Source: an uncultured Bacteroidota bacterium (GTDB lineage Bacteria > Bacteroidota > Bacteroidia > NS11-12g > UBA955). Taken from it: 56,385 bases of DNA. The notes below the pieces were generated by a model. It had not been told where the DNA came from and searched no databases. It was given only the letters and a program-made list of their open reading frames with translations. This document shows, one piece after another, positions 30,201-41,700 of the stretch (positions within the stretch are counted from its first letter, which is position 1; every line of letters begins with the position of its first letter). The stretch covers positions 1 to 56,385 of the forward strand of contig CALMKH010000023.1 of the NCBI GenBank assembly GCA_937867025.1, read 5' to 3'. The translations under genes and the position numbers were made by a program.

Positions 30201-33200
30201 TTGCACCCTACATTCTGTACGGTCCTGGTTGTAGCAAGTTTGGCAGGCTGTGTGATGACTGTGGTATCGCGCAGAACGCAACTGTTCGCGTCGGTAATCC
30301 TTACAATGTAAGTGCCGGCTGTGAGAGACGACAAATCCTGGGTGGTAGTGCTGTTGCTCCACAGGTAGCTGTAAGGCGATACCCCGCCGCTGACGGTCAG
30401 GTCGATGCTGGCATTGTTTCCGCCGTTACAGGTGACATGCACAGGTGTCTTGCCGGCAACCAGCAAGGTTGGCTCTGTGATCGTTGCGGTGTCGCGCGCT
30501 ATGCAGCCGTTGGCGTCTGTGACCAGAACCGTGTAGGTGCCTGCGGCAATATTGCTGAGGTCCTGGGTTGTGGCGCTATTGCTCCAGAGATATGTATAAG
30601 GAGTGGTACCTCCGCTCACACTCAGGTCGATGCTGCCTGTGCTGTTTCCTTTACAAGCCACATTGCTGGGGGACTTGGAAGTGATCAGCAATGCTGGTTC
30701 GGTGATAACAACTGTATCGCGTCTTACGCATGCGTTTGCATCTGTTATCACAACCGTATAGGTTCCTGCGGAGAGTCCGGAAAGGTCTTCTGTAGTTGCG
30801 CTGTTGCTCCAGAGGTAACTGTATGGAGTAGTGCCCCCGGTGACTGTCAGGTTGATCGACGCGTCGCTGCCACCTTTACATTTTACGTTCTGTGTGGTTT
30901 TGGTGCTTACGAGCAGGGCAGGTTCGGTCACAATGCTGGTATCCCTGAGGATGCAACCGTTGAAGTCAGTGATCCTCACACTATAAGTGCCTGCAACAAG
31001 TGAAGAAATATCTTCAGTGGTTGCACTGTTGCTCCAGAGGTATGAGTAAGGGCTTACGCCTCCGTTCACTGTCAGGTTAATGCTTCCGTTGCTTTCATTC
31101 TTGCATTTGACATTGGCAATGGTCTTGCCGGCGGCAAGCAATGCAGGTTCAGTGATGACAACCGTATCGCGTGCGATGCAACCGTTGTTATCGGTTATTC
31201 TCACAGTATATGTGCCGGCAGTCAGCGCGCTGATATCCTGGGTGGTAGCGCTGTTGCTCCATAAGTAGCTGTATGGCGATGTGCCTCCGCTGACACTGAG
31301 GTCGATGCTGGCATTGTTGCCGTTTTTGCACAACACGTTGACACTGCTTTTGCTGCTGACAAGCAGGGCAGGTTCGGTGATCACTGTTGTGTCTCTTAAT
31401 GCACATCCGTTGGCATCCGTGATCAGCACGCTGTAGGTGCCTGCGGACAGGGACGACAGATCCTGGGTGGAGGCGCTGTTGCTCCATACATATGTATACG
31501 CTGTAGTTCCGCCGCTTACCGTCAGATCAATGCTTCCGTCGTTTCCGCTCTTGCATTTCACATGCAGGAGATTTTTTGTAACGGTTAGCAGGGCAGGTTC
31601 AGTAATGATCACTGTATCTCTGCGGATACAGTTGTTTGCATCTGTTATCACAACGGTATAGGTTCCTGCGGCAAGACTACTTACATCCTGGGTTGTTGCG
31701 CTATTGCTCCATACGTATGTGTATGGGGGCACGCCTCCGCTGACGGTCAGGTCGATACTGCCGTCGCTGCCATTTTTACATTTCACGTTGACACTTGTCT
31801 TGCTGCTGGTAAGCAGGGCAGGTTCAGTAATAAGGGTTGTGTCCCGGGCGATACAGCTTCTGTTATCGGTAACAGTGAGCATGTAAGTTCCGGCGGTAAG
31901 GGTCGAAATGTCCTCGGTAGAGGCGCTGTTGCTCCATAGGTATGAATATGGAGCGGTACCTCCGCTGACACCGATATTGATACTGCCATCATTTCCGTTC
32001 TTGCATTTCACATGATCGAAAGTTTTGCTGATAACAATCTTGCCGGGTTCTGTAATGACAGATGTATCTCTCACAAAACAACCTCTTTTGTCTGTTATCA
32101 ATATATGATAAGTGCCTGCGGACAATCCGGAAAGGCTTTGTGTAGTATCTGATGTATTCCAAAGGAAGGTGTAAGGACTCTTGCCCCCGGATGTTGAAAG
32201 GGTAATTGAACCATTGGTGTTACCGAAACAGGCGATATTCGATACGGTTTTTGAAGCGATGGTAGGTCGTATAGCCTTTGTCACAGTGACCTCATCAGAT
32301 GCTGTACAGTTGAAACTGTTGGTTACCGTTACACTATAAGCACCTTCCGTATTCACCCCTATGGTTTGTGACGTGCTGTTGTTGTTCCACAGGTAGGAGG
32401 CATATCCCGAGCCGGCATCAAGTACCAGGTTAATGCTGGAACCTTCGCAATAGAAGGTATCATTGCCGAGATTAACTGCCGGGATGGGTCTTACAATGAA
32501 TAACCTGGTGCTGTCGAGCACGCTGCCGGTGGTTGGTGAAACAGCCCTGATGCGGACATTGGCAGATCCTGAAGTAATGTTAGGTACCTTCCACCTGAAA
32601 ATCGTATCTGCTCCGCTTAAACCGGTCTGAAGGGTTACATACGCCTGATTGCCAACGGAGTATTGAAGGTTAAAGGTTGTTATAGGCACTTTTTTCCAGG
32701 TGAGGTCGAGGGTATCGTTCACGCAGATGCTGAGTCCGCTGTCCAGCGCATTCAGGAAGTTCTTTGGTGAAATGGTGATCACAAGATCAGGATTGGTCTT
32801 TGCCGCTTCCTTGTTCTCAACATTGTCTGATGCAACCGTATAGAATTTGTAAAGACTTCCGCTGTTGCCCCTGAATATAACGAAGGTATCGGTGATGTTC
32901 TTTGCATAGGAGATATATGGGCCGTTATTTTCTGATACCAGGAGTTCCACTCCTCCGACGCCGCTTCCCCCATTGTCATCCTGAGCTTCAAAGGTGATAG
33001 GGAATTGCAGGGAGTCGATAATCGGCGGCATTGAATCGATACTGCTCACGGGAGCTTTTGCATCGATGATATTATGTATCCTCGGGGTAAAGATGGAAGG
33101 GTTGTTGTCAAATACAATCTCTGCTTTCGCCCTCAGGCTGTCACCTGTTACAGTATTTGTTTTTGCCTTGATGGTGAAATCGACGAAACCTTCTCCGTTG

Positions 33201-35776
33201 TGTTTGGAAGTATCATTGACCGGAAGGAAGCCCCGTGTTCCTGATGTCGGTGGTAAACCTGTTGCAGGATCAATGGACTCAAATATCCAGAACGCCTTTT
33301 TGGATGATACGTCTATACCGGCCGTTACATCTACGTAAATGCCGAGTGAATCCCTCAGATCCAGTCGTTGCTGGTAAGTTGACACGTTGTTTGGCACGCT
33401 GAAAGTCCAGTTGTTGAAACCGAAGCTGGAAACCCTGAAGGTATTCATGTCCATATTGTTGTCGATCGGCAGGTCAACTGATACCCTGCTGGCTGGAGCA
33501 GTTGCGAATTTGGGATCGTTTTCAAAGCGTACCTTATAGGTTTGAGTTGCAAATTTTGAAACGAATTTCTTGTCCCCATAGCTGGGTGGCCCGATGATAT
33601 CGTTCGGGTCATAGGAGCAGAGTATCGGGATGAAGAAGACAAAAGCGCTTTTTTGTCCTTTGCATCCGTTCTTGTCGGTTATGGTAGCTGTTTTGGTACC
33701 CGATGATCCTATGGAACCTTGTGAAGCTACCAGCAACCGCCCGTTCGGCCAGCTGTAAGTATACGGTGGCGTGCCGCCTGAGCCGCTCACGTCAAGATAG
33801 ATTTCCGGACGGCGATCGCAAGGTCTTACATAGATACCTCCTCCGCTTATGCTACCGTCTACTTTCTCCGGTGCCTTTACCTCAGTTTCATCAACCACTT
33901 CGCATTTTGCGACAGTGTCTTTCACCCAGGCTACATATTTTCCGGTATCAAGACCTGTCAGGTCTTTGCTGGTGGATAAAACTGCATTGGTTGTATCTCC
34001 TTTATACCATTTGTATTCAAACGGTCCGTTCGATTTCTTGACAGTCAGCTTGATCTCACCGTCTTTGGAATCAATACATTTGGCATCTTTCACATCAAAT
34101 TCCAGTTCGATGGAATCAGGGCAGCACTTATCGCCTACATTCACAGCGAACCAGGCGTTGCAAACCTGTTTGTATTCTTCCGAAGTTTTGCCGTACAGGT
34201 CTTCGGCTGCCAGCAGGGTAGCTTTTCTGGCACCCTTGTAGTCCGAGGTGGCGATCAGGTAGCGTCTGAGGGCCTTGAAAGCGATCTTTTCAGCCTTGGC
34301 CCTGCCAATACCTGTTACATCATAATTGTCGTTGGCATCATTTGTTCCACTTCCGCCAATGGTGAGCAGGTAATACCAGTAAGCGGCCACCTGCGAGTTG
34401 AAATGGACGCCTCCGAAATCGTAAGCAGCTGTAGTGCTGCGCCAGTTTCCTCCTTTATAGGTATCTGGCAATGACCAGGGGCATGAACAATTCTTGGGGT
34501 CGGACATCAGTCGTTCCTGTGAAAAGCCATTTCCTGATTTTTGCAGGTCTTCGAACAGTGCCCAGTTACCGCTGTTTCCTTTTGCGTAAAACTCGATATT
34601 GGCGCCGAAAATATCAGCCCAGCCTTCATTTAATGCACCGCTTTCGCCCTGGTAAATAAGGCCTGCTGTTCTTGAGATGATGGCATGTGTAAATTCGTGT
34701 CCGCATATATCCAGGGAAACCCAGGCATTGGTCTTGTTGTCCCCGTCGCCGAACTTCATGGCCTTGTCCCCATTGGCCCAGAAGGCATTGGCGACATTAT
34801 TGCCGTAATGCACCCAGTTGGTGATGGTGGAACCTGCATTGTCGTAGGAGTTCCATGAGTGCGTGTTCTTGTAGTAGTCATACACCTTTACAATGCCATA
34901 GTGAACGTCCACAGCAGCCTTTTGCCTTACGCTATCCCACACGTTGTTCGGATCGTTGAAATTGACAGGTGCGCTGGTTCTTCCATTGCAGTCAAGTGTT
35001 TTGATCTTATTGATGGAATCGTAAAGAACATACCGGTTGGGAAGGGTTGTAGTATTGATATTGACATTCCCTGAATACAGGCTCGCCCCTGTTCCGTTAG
35101 CCGGGTGAAGGTTGTTGATCATATTAACCACTTGTCCTTTTTCAACATCTACGAATACCTCATATTCTGCAGGCTCGGTTGTAATAACCGTAATAATGCA
35201 GGTCAGTACCCATTTTCCTGTGAAGATATTTCCGGCAGGCGCATAGCAAAAACGGAACGTCGGTTTCAGCTCATCGGGAGATTTACCCTGATTCCTGTAG
35301 AAATTGATCTCAAAGGAGTCAAGCCACCTGTAAGGTTTGTCGCCCAGGTGTTGCAGGGCCAGGTCAATGTAAGGCTGGGGATCGTTTACCGGAATCGGCT
35401 TGAAATCCACATCTCTCGGTGTCCCTATAATAGCCGTTATGACGTTGTCCTTGCTGCGCTTCACAATCAGGTCGCTGCCGTACAAGATCCTTCCATTGAA
35501 ATACTGGTCGTATTTGGCGAAAGTAAATCCGTCTTCGGAAAAAGTTTCCCTTATATTATATACAGGAACAGCATCCAGATGATATACGCTTTTCATGATT
35601 TCGAATAAGCGGATATCATTCACTTTGTTCCATTCCCTGGATGGTTTAACAAAGAATATGTCACCATTTGAATTGTATTCCACATCTTCATAACGATATT
35701 CCTGTCCGAACATGAACTGGCATGAAAGCATCATGAAGGTCGCTAAAATATATCTTGTTATAGTCATTGTTTTCAT
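27269..35776 (-). CDS. 2835-aa T9SS-secreted protein: M4 (thermolysin-family) metallopeptidase with propeptide, DPND-motif domain, SprB repeats, type A CTD
   Basis: Signal peptide ending MFG|Q. NAFW, HEFTH (34685-34699), GALNEGWAD, GGVHFNS. SYDPNDIIGP (DPND at 33599-33610). 21 tandem SprB-type repeats. VQPNPS...G.YIIKI...RRLIFVK CTD. Confidence 0.92.
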   Translation of the reverse strand: MKTMTITRYILATFMMLSCQFMFGQEYRYEDVEYNSNGDIFFVKPSREWNKVNDIRLFEIMKSVYHLDAVPVYNIRETFSEDGFTFAKYDQYFNGRILYGSDLIVKRSKDNVITAIIGTPRDVDFKPIPVNDPQPYIDLALQHLGDKPYRWLDSFEINFYRNQGKSPDELKPTFRFCYAPAGNIFTGKWVLTCIITVITTEPAEYEVFVDVEKGQVVNMINNLHPANGTGASLYSGNVNINTTTLPNRYVLYDSINKIKTLDCNGRTSAPVNFNDPNNVWDSVRQKAAVDVHYGIVKVYDYYKNTHSWNSYDNAGSTITNWVHYGNNVANAFWANGDKAMKFGDGDNKTNAWVSLDICGHEFTHAIISRTAGLIYQGESGALNEGWADIFGANIEFYAKGNSGNWALFEDLQKSGNGFSQERLMSDPKNCSCPWSLPDTYKGGNWRSTTAAYDFGGVHFNSQVAAYWYYLLTIGGSGTNDANDNYDVTGIGRAKAEKIAFKALRRYLIATSDYKGARKATLLAAEDLYGKTSEEYKQVCNAWFAVNVGDKCCPDSIELEFDVKDAKCIDSKDGEIKLTVKKSNGPFEYKWYKGDTTNAVLSTSKDLTGLDTGKYVAWVKDTVAKCEVVDETEVKAPEKVDGSISGGGIYVRPCDRRPEIYLDVSGSGGTPPYTYSWPNGRLLVASQGSIGSSGTKTATITDKNGCKGQKSAFVFFIPILCSYDPNDIIGPPSYGDKKFVSKFATQTYKVRFENDPKFATAPASRVSVDLPIDNNMDMNTFRVSSFGFNNWTFSVPNNVSTYQQRLDLRDSLGIYVDVTAGIDVSSKKAFWIFESIDPATGLPPTSGTRGFLPVNDTSKHNGEGFVDFTIKAKTNTVTGDSLRAKAEIVFDNNPSIFTPRIHNIIDAKAPVSSIDSMPPIIDSLQFPITFEAQDDNGGSGVGGVELLVSENNGPYISYAKNITDTFVIFRGNSGSLYKFYTVASDNVENKEAAKTNPDLVITISPKNFLNALDSGLSICVNDTLDLTWKKVPITTFNLQYSVGNQAYVTLQTGLSGADTIFRWKVPNITSGSANVRIRAVSPTTGSVLDSTRLFIVRPIPAVNLGNDTFYCEGSSINLVLDAGSGYASYLWNNNSTSQTIGVNTEGAYSVTVTNSFNCTASDEVTVTKAIRPTIASKTVSNIACFGNTNGSITLSTSGGKSPYTFLWNTSDTTQSLSGLSAGTYHILITDKRGCFVRDTSVITEPGKIVISKTFDHVKCKNGNDGSINIGVSGGTAPYSYLWSNSASTEDISTLTAGTYMLTVTDNRSCIARDTTLITEPALLTSSKTSVNVKCKNGSDGSIDLTVSGGVPPYTYVWSNSATTQDVSSLAAGTYTVVITDANNCIRRDTVIITEPALLTVTKNLLHVKCKSGNDGSIDLTVSGGTTAYTYVWSNSASTQDLSSLSAGTYSVLITDANGCALRDTTVITEPALLVSSKSSVNVLCKNGNNASIDLSVSGGTSPYSYLWSNSATTQDISALTAGTYTVRITDNNGCIARDTVVITEPALLAAGKTIANVKCKNESNGSINLTVNGGVSPYSYLWSNSATTEDISSLVAGTYSVRITDFNGCILRDTSIVTEPALLVSTKTTQNVKCKGGSDASINLTVTGGTTPYSYLWSNSATTEDLSGLSAGTYTVVITDANACVRRDTVVITEPALLITSKSPSNVACKGNSTGSIDLSVSGGTTPYTYLWSNSATTQDLSNIAAGTYTVLVTDANGCIARDTATITEPTLLVAGKTPVHVTCNGGNNASIDLTVSGGVSPYSYLWSNSTTTQDLSSLTAGTYIVRITDANSCVLRDTTVITQPAKLATTRTVQNVGCKNGNTGSIDMTVTGGTTPYTYLWSNSATTQDISGLTAGTYIVTITDANACTKKDTIIITEPALLVTSKSFQNVRCKNGNTGSIDLSVSGGTTPYNYLWSNSATTQDLASLTAGTYTVRVTDFNGCIARDTVIITEPTLLVSTKTFQHVLCKNGNNGSIDLSVSGGTTPYTYLWNTSATTQDLSSLTAGTYTVRVTDGNSCIVRDTVIITEPALLVSSKTFQNVRCKNGNTGSIDLTVTGGVSPYAYLWNNSAVTQDISSLVAGTYTVRITDANGCIRRDTVVITEPALLIATHTFQNVKCKNGNDGSIDLTVTGGTTPYIYMWSNGGGTQDLNGLVAGKYTVVVADNNGCVANDTVNITEPALLVATHTFQDVKCFAGNTGSIDLSVTGGVTPYTYQWSNSATTQDITNLVKGTYIVRVTDANACTDRDTVVINEPTLLLSNITVNDVLCFGGNDGSITALGTGGTLPYTYQWSSGENTSAISGKIKGVYSVVITDGNSCVRRDTLTIKEPTAPLALSKALDHINCYDGSDGQIDLTVTGGTIPYSFAWNNSATTEDLNNVKEGTYSIRITDKNNCFLLDTSVLTQPLAPLSNTVTILDVKCFGGNDGSADLTVSGGTSPYTFAWSNAASTEDINTLIKGDYMVTVTDANNCILKDTVTVRQPSAPLASALVNDNINCFGGNDGSVTANISGGTLPYVFNWSNGALTKDLTNVPQGKYVLTVTDSNNCILKDSITLTEPAAPLTAAMTVDDVDCYGDNTGAISLLPSGGTPGYTFNWSNGASSQNISGLVQGSYHVTVTDVNSCVFRDTAVVPEPPELLLQAYGTSATKSATNGYAWVEIQGGTAPYTIKWDDSRSQATDTAVNLGTGMFIVTVTDAKGCSKIDTVLVIDAPEPASIAVQPNPSAGNVVITNLSALGLDEPITIEVFDMTGKMFMNFNVVGKDIHSFDLYDSFADGTYIIKIRNSRGVQNRRLIFVK
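27540..32255 (-). repeat. 21 tandem SprB-type Ig-like repeats (about 75 aa / 225 nt)
   Basis: Units NVxCxxGxxGSIDLxVxGGxxPYxYxWSNxATTxDxxxLxAGxYxVxITDxNxCxxxDT counted by eye. The last unit is divergent. Boundaries are approximate. Confidence 0.9.
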
Positions 35777-35783
35777 AATCGTC

Positions 35784-38700
35784 TTAGTTATTTGGTAATA
35801 TAATGGTGAATCCTAAAGCTGTACTAGAAATTGAATAGATCATAACGCTGCCTTCACTTCCGGCCCGAAGCACTCCTGCCGGCCCGCTGTCATTTTCAAG
35901 AATGACTTTTAAGTTTATCGCTTTTTGTGTAAGACCCGGCTGTGTCAGTGAGATCGGCGCACCGCCGTTGCTTATGATTTCAAGGAAGCTGTTAACGAGG
36001 TCGACATTGCCCGTATTCCTGTAATTGATCTGGAAGGCATTCAATACATTGGTTCTCGAATTGGACGGACGCTGTACATCTATTACTACGGATGCAGGCT
36101 CAGTTGTTACCACTTTCAATCCGCGCCTCAGCATGGCTGTTTGTTCTTCTTTTTCTGCGATGACATTGTAAAGGCCGGTCGGTACCTGCACGAGCTTGAA
36201 TGTCGCATAAGCGACAGTCGGGTCTGCAACGATCAGTCCGGCATCTCCTCCCTGGGCGCTCGGATCAAGAGCGTTCATCTCTATATACAGTACGCCTGAG
36301 CTGTCTACAGTTGAAGGGTTGCCAGCAAATGCGGAATCTATGGCAATCCGGAATACGGTATTCTCAGTGAACTTGGCTCCTTCGATCTTTAAGGTCACCT
36401 GACCGTTGTTACCAACACTCACTGGCGTGACTTTCCTGATCTCGAAGTTGAGCTTCCTGGCCAGGAGTGTCACTTTCTGGAAGTTTGCAGTTGATGTGTT
36501 TCCATACGCCATAATATAATAGATACCTGTGTCGGCCGCCGGAATCAGTATCTCCTGGTTGCCGTAGAACGGAGTGGAGAATGCGTGATCAAAATTAGAC
36601 CTTGTAGGCACTTCGTTCAACCGGGCGTAAAGCTCATTATGACCGTTCACGGAGTCACCCTTTATGGTAATGAGGATGGATTCGCCTTTCAGTGAATCAG
36701 GAACTATCAGACGGTAATACAGGTTCTTGTCGTCATGAAGCGTATCATTGGTAAGAACATTAAGTGGCAGGACAGGAACATTAATGTCGATCGCATTGCC
36801 GTATCCGGTATTGTTTGTATCCCTGCTTTCATTGATATTATCCCTTACATCCGTGAATACGATGAAGTAGTGGGTACCGGTCTTGATGCCGTTGATATAC
36901 CCTCCGGCCGACAAATTACGCGTGGCGTTCGGAACCAGGCTCGACTGATCCTGCCTGCTTGCAAACAATACATCCGTTCCATCGAAAATAGTGTCTTCCG
37001 AAATGTAGATATTATCGGTTCTTGTACCGTTGATAGGGTTGCTTCCCCTGTTCCTGATCTGGTAGGACACGTTGACATAACCTCCGGCAATGGCGCTTGA
37101 AGGTGCAGTTACGGAACTTACGACAAGATCACCCGGCGGGGCCTGGCTTATGGTCATAACAGAGGCCTGTACGTTATTGTTCTCTGCATTATGCTCATAT
37201 TCCCTGTTTCCGTCATCTGTTTTTATCAGGACAATATATGCGCCCGTTATATCAGGTATGAACAGGCTTACAGTATCTGTATAGGAAGCTTTTTTCAGGA
37301 GGTTTCCTGCACGGGTACCATTGCCAAGGTTGATATCTGAATTGTCAATGGTATAATCTGTTGAGAGGTATACCCTGTCAGTCCATGATCCGGCTCTGGT
37401 TGTCGTATCACCCTTGTTCTCCACTTTCCAGATAAACTGTGCTGGCTGTCCGGCCGTGGCGGTCGAAGGAACATTCCAGGCAGTGATCTGCAGGTCTGAA
37501 GAGAGGGACAGGATCACCTTAATTGTTTTTGCAATTCCTGAACCGTTGCGCGCCACCCTGGTATTGTTTGAGGTGTCGTCATCATTGTTGTCATTCCTTG
37601 CATCGGTTTTCACCAGCAGGTAGTATGTGCCGCTTATGCCGTTAGGTGTAGTGTATACCAGGTTGCGGGTATAGGTGCTATCCTTGTCAAGCGGTGTGAA
37701 AATAGAGGTTTCACCGACAAACCTGTCGCTTCCGTCAAGGATGGAATCGCTTGAGAGGTAGGTCCTGTCGACCCATGTATTGGCTATGGTTTTGGCGAGG
37801 CCTACATTCTTGACTTTCCAGGTGATCGACAGATTGTTTCCGGAGAATACCGAATCAGGAGCTGTGATCGAGGTAACAGTCAGATCAACGGGCGGATAAC
37901 CTTTAATGAAGATTTTCGAACTGCGTTTGATGTTGTTGTTTTCAAACAGGTACTCATAGCGGACATCCGATGCATCCGTAAAGACATAGAAATAATAATT
38001 GCCTGCAGACAGCGCTGTTGGAATATCCACATCCTGTGTAATGCTGTATGTTGAATCCACGAGCAGGGTGGAGGCGATATTATTGGTTTTGAGCAGTGTG
38101 ACTTTAGAGGGGTTGTAAATGGAGTCTTTCGACATGTACACCCTGTCTTTCCACACCGGTATTGCAGAGCGGTTGCCTTTGTTCTGTACAGTATAGGTTA
38201 TACTGGCCTTTTTGCCGGCTTCCGAAGTATCAGGCCTGTTTACCGTTAAAACGCGCAAATCAGGATAAGGAGCAAGGTGAACGGTCATAACGCTGCTCCT
38301 GCGGGTATTATTGGTATCCTTGCCGTTTTCGTAGATGTTGTTATCGGCATCGGCAACCACATACACATACCTGCTGCCTTTGGTTCCGTCAGGAATTCTT
38401 GCAAATTTAGTTCTGAGCAGACTGTCGCCCGGATTTAATGCGGCATTATAATGAACGGTTTCAAGCAGTATCACGGAGTCAGGGTGGAATTTGTTATGAC
38501 GTGATATATAGATCTTGTCATTTCTGCCGCTGAAAATCTGTTTGCCTAAACCGTCATTTCTCACCTTCCAGTTCACCTGGATCAGTTTTCCGCTGGTGTC
38601 GGATGCCGGAACATTTACATTATAAATGATGAGATCCGGATTCAGGACGCGGGTTGTTTTCCTTGATATGTTATTGGTATCGTTGACACCTTCAAACTGG

Positions 38701-41700
38701 AGGTTGCCTGCGTCGGCGAAAACGTACACAAAATAACTTCCTGTAATGTTATCCGGTATGGTAACCGACTGCGAACAGGTTATGGTATCATCACTGCCTA
38801 TGTTATATCTCCACCATCCGCCTATGTAAATAGAGTTATTGGCATTGAATGGCGTTGTTTTACTTACATATGCCTGGTCATACCACGAATTAGTGGTGGC
38901 CGATCCTCCCTGGTTGATAAGATCGTAAGTCAGGTTTACAACCTCTTTGTTGCTGACAGAATCTTCTATGACTATATTTCTTACAATAAGGTCAGGCGGA
39001 GGGGTGAGGATAACTTTCAACGAGTCGCTGATCCTGTCATTATTGTTTTCGTTGGCATGCTCGTAAATGGCATTATAAGGATCAGTCCTGACGATTATAT
39101 AATAACCTCCTGAAATATTGTTAGGCAGGGGAACCGTGGTTTGTACCGTATATGAACTGTCGGGATCAAGGGCTCCGGTGTGCTGTAAGCTGCGGACATG
39201 GGTGCCTCCGACGACTGAATCAGAATGCAGGTACACATGGTCATACCAGCTGCTGCCCCGGGTGTTGCCTGTGCCACTGTTCTTCACAGTATAACGAACG
39301 TTGATGGTTTGTCCTGAAAATGCCTGCGAAGGCTTGATGATGGAAGTTACCTGGAGGTCAGGCGGAGGGGTAAGGCTTACATTGATGCCAAGCGAATCGC
39401 TCTTGTTGTTGTTGCCCTCATCCGATTCAAGTATATAACCGTATCCGTCTGTACGGACAATAATGTGATGTATGCCACTGATGCCATTAGGCAGAGTAAC
39501 GTTAGCGGACTGGGTATAAGATTGTGAAGCACTGAGTGAGGTGAGGTTAATCACACCGGTCAGCAATATGTCGCTTCCGTCAAGAATATTGTCTTTCGAC
39601 AGGTAAACCAGGTCGTACCAGTAACCTGAACCGGTAGAACCCGCACCTCTGTTTTTGGTGACCCATGATACCGAAATCGAATTTCCGGAGAATGCTGTCA
39701 GCGGCGAGTTTACTGTTGTGGCCAATACGTCCGGCAGGTGCCTGACCGTAAACCTTTGCACCGGTCCGGGAGTTGAGCAGGAAGGGTTGCGGGCAATGAT
39801 CTGCCACTTATAGGTTTGTCCGTAGCCCAGCCCGGTTGTGATCTGTTTGCTTATCTGTGTCAGTCCCGAATAGGCTGCCGTAGGAGGCCTGGTATTCACC
39901 GAATCGGGCCAGATATAGATATCATACAGTGTAGCGCCGTTGACCGGTGACCATGACAATGAGAATGGGAAATCCAGGTTCTTTGAGCTGTCTGAAGGGA
40001 TCATGATGCCTACCGAATCAGGAACCTGGTAGTTGGTCACCTTTACCTTAAGGGTGTCATTCAGGCGATATTGTTCGGCAGAAGCATCCGTCCAGACAAT
40101 AAAATTGTAATCTCCCACAGGTTTGGTGTTTACCTTGCCGGTAAATGTAAAGGTCTTGCTAAAGCCCGGCAATATGGAATCCGTAAAGGTCTGGGAAATT
40201 ACACTTCCGTTGTTGACCCTGTAACGCACAGGGAAATTCTTCTGCGTATTGCTGCCGTAGTTGAAGACTGTCACGTTCAGCAGTTGGGAATCGATCTCAC
40301 AGCCGTTGACGGGATTGGTGACTGCCAGGATAGACAGGTTGTTTGGCAGACTGTTGAATTCATCGGCTCCGATATCCGGCCTTGTGGCATTCCGGGTGTT
40401 TTTGTCGATATCGTCTGTTATTCCTGAGATCGGGGTTGCAGCGCTGTCAAGACTGATCAGTGTCGTATGGAGATCCGTATCGGTGATGAAATTCGGATTG
40501 ACGGACACGGAATTGGCATCTCTCGATACTCCCGATTTCCAGGCTGAGAGAGTTGTATAGTTATTGGAGCCAACAAAACCGATATTGGTACCTGATGTAT
40601 ACAGGTCGTTGTAATTGCTTAATGTAGGAACATTGTTGGCGTGTATGGCATAAGTGCCGGCCTTGTTACTCAGTATATTGTTCCTCAGGTCTGTATTGTT
40701 GGCCGACTGGAACCTTATACAGGCCGAGGTCGAAGAGCTGGCAGTGCCATACAGGTTGATGCTGTTAAAGAATATGCTGGTATAATTTGAACTGATAAGA
40801 TTTATTCCATGATAATAAGGGTCTGCAAGGGAAATGAAATTGTTGAATATCATTCCTTTTTTAGACGATGTGCCCTGGTGGTTATTAATATATATGCCTG
40901 TAGTGTAAGGGTATGAGCTGCTGAGCTTGTTATAACTTATTACCACGTCGTTGCTGACATCATTCATGTAGATCAGCTGGTCACCTGTATTAGTCAGAGG
41001 AGTAATGATATTGCGCCTTATTGCAGGGGCATTCATATACTGCATATAGATGCCTGAATACCTGAAGGAATTGATCGTGTTATTTTCAATCACCATGCCT
41101 GTTTCCTGCAGGGTGGATGAGGAGCCGCCTCCATAAACCTGTATGCCGTAGTATCCACCGCTTATTACGTTATTGAGGATCTTTGTATTATCATCCCTGT
41201 CGGAACCTGAAAGCACTCCAACCCCGTTGTAATATGACAAGGACATCAGTATCCTGTTATTCAGGATGCGGTTATTTGCAGCGCCGTTATCAATAGACAC
41301 CACTGTGCTGTAATACGAGTTGGTGGCTGACATGGTCATTTTACTGATGGTAATATTATCGGCTCCTTTCAGGGAGAAAATATAGTTGTTGTTATAATTT
41401 GGTGCACTGTATTGCAGTGTTACCTTGCTGCTGTCGCCTGATTCGGAGGTGAATGTCACAGGCCTGCTGACGGAAGAGCCGGGATACTGAAGAATCTGTA
41501 CCTGTTCATTATATGTGCCGTTTCTTACCTTGAATATCACCGTGTCAAGAACACCGCCGAGCATCAGGGCATTCCTGGCGTCATTAAAGGTATTGAAATC
41601 CGGAAGAGATCCGCCAATGGTATAGATGCCGTCCAGCCCGCTGTAAATATTGGATTTGGTGAGTGTATCGTTGTAATTCAGTGTGTCTGTTACGCCGTTT

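Noticed and set aside
27540-32255. Recurring gctgttgctcca-type words at ~225-nt period, superficially array-like
   Set aside because: They are codons of the WSNS motif in SprB repeats. There are no unique spacers or cas genes, so this is not CRISPR.
35770-35815. Possible frameshift artefact splitting one ~7200-aa gene
   Set aside because: Gene 2 starts with its own canonical signal peptide plus Gln and a protease propeptide. Its frame is closed by a TAG at 35813-35815. Read mapping would still be the definitive check.
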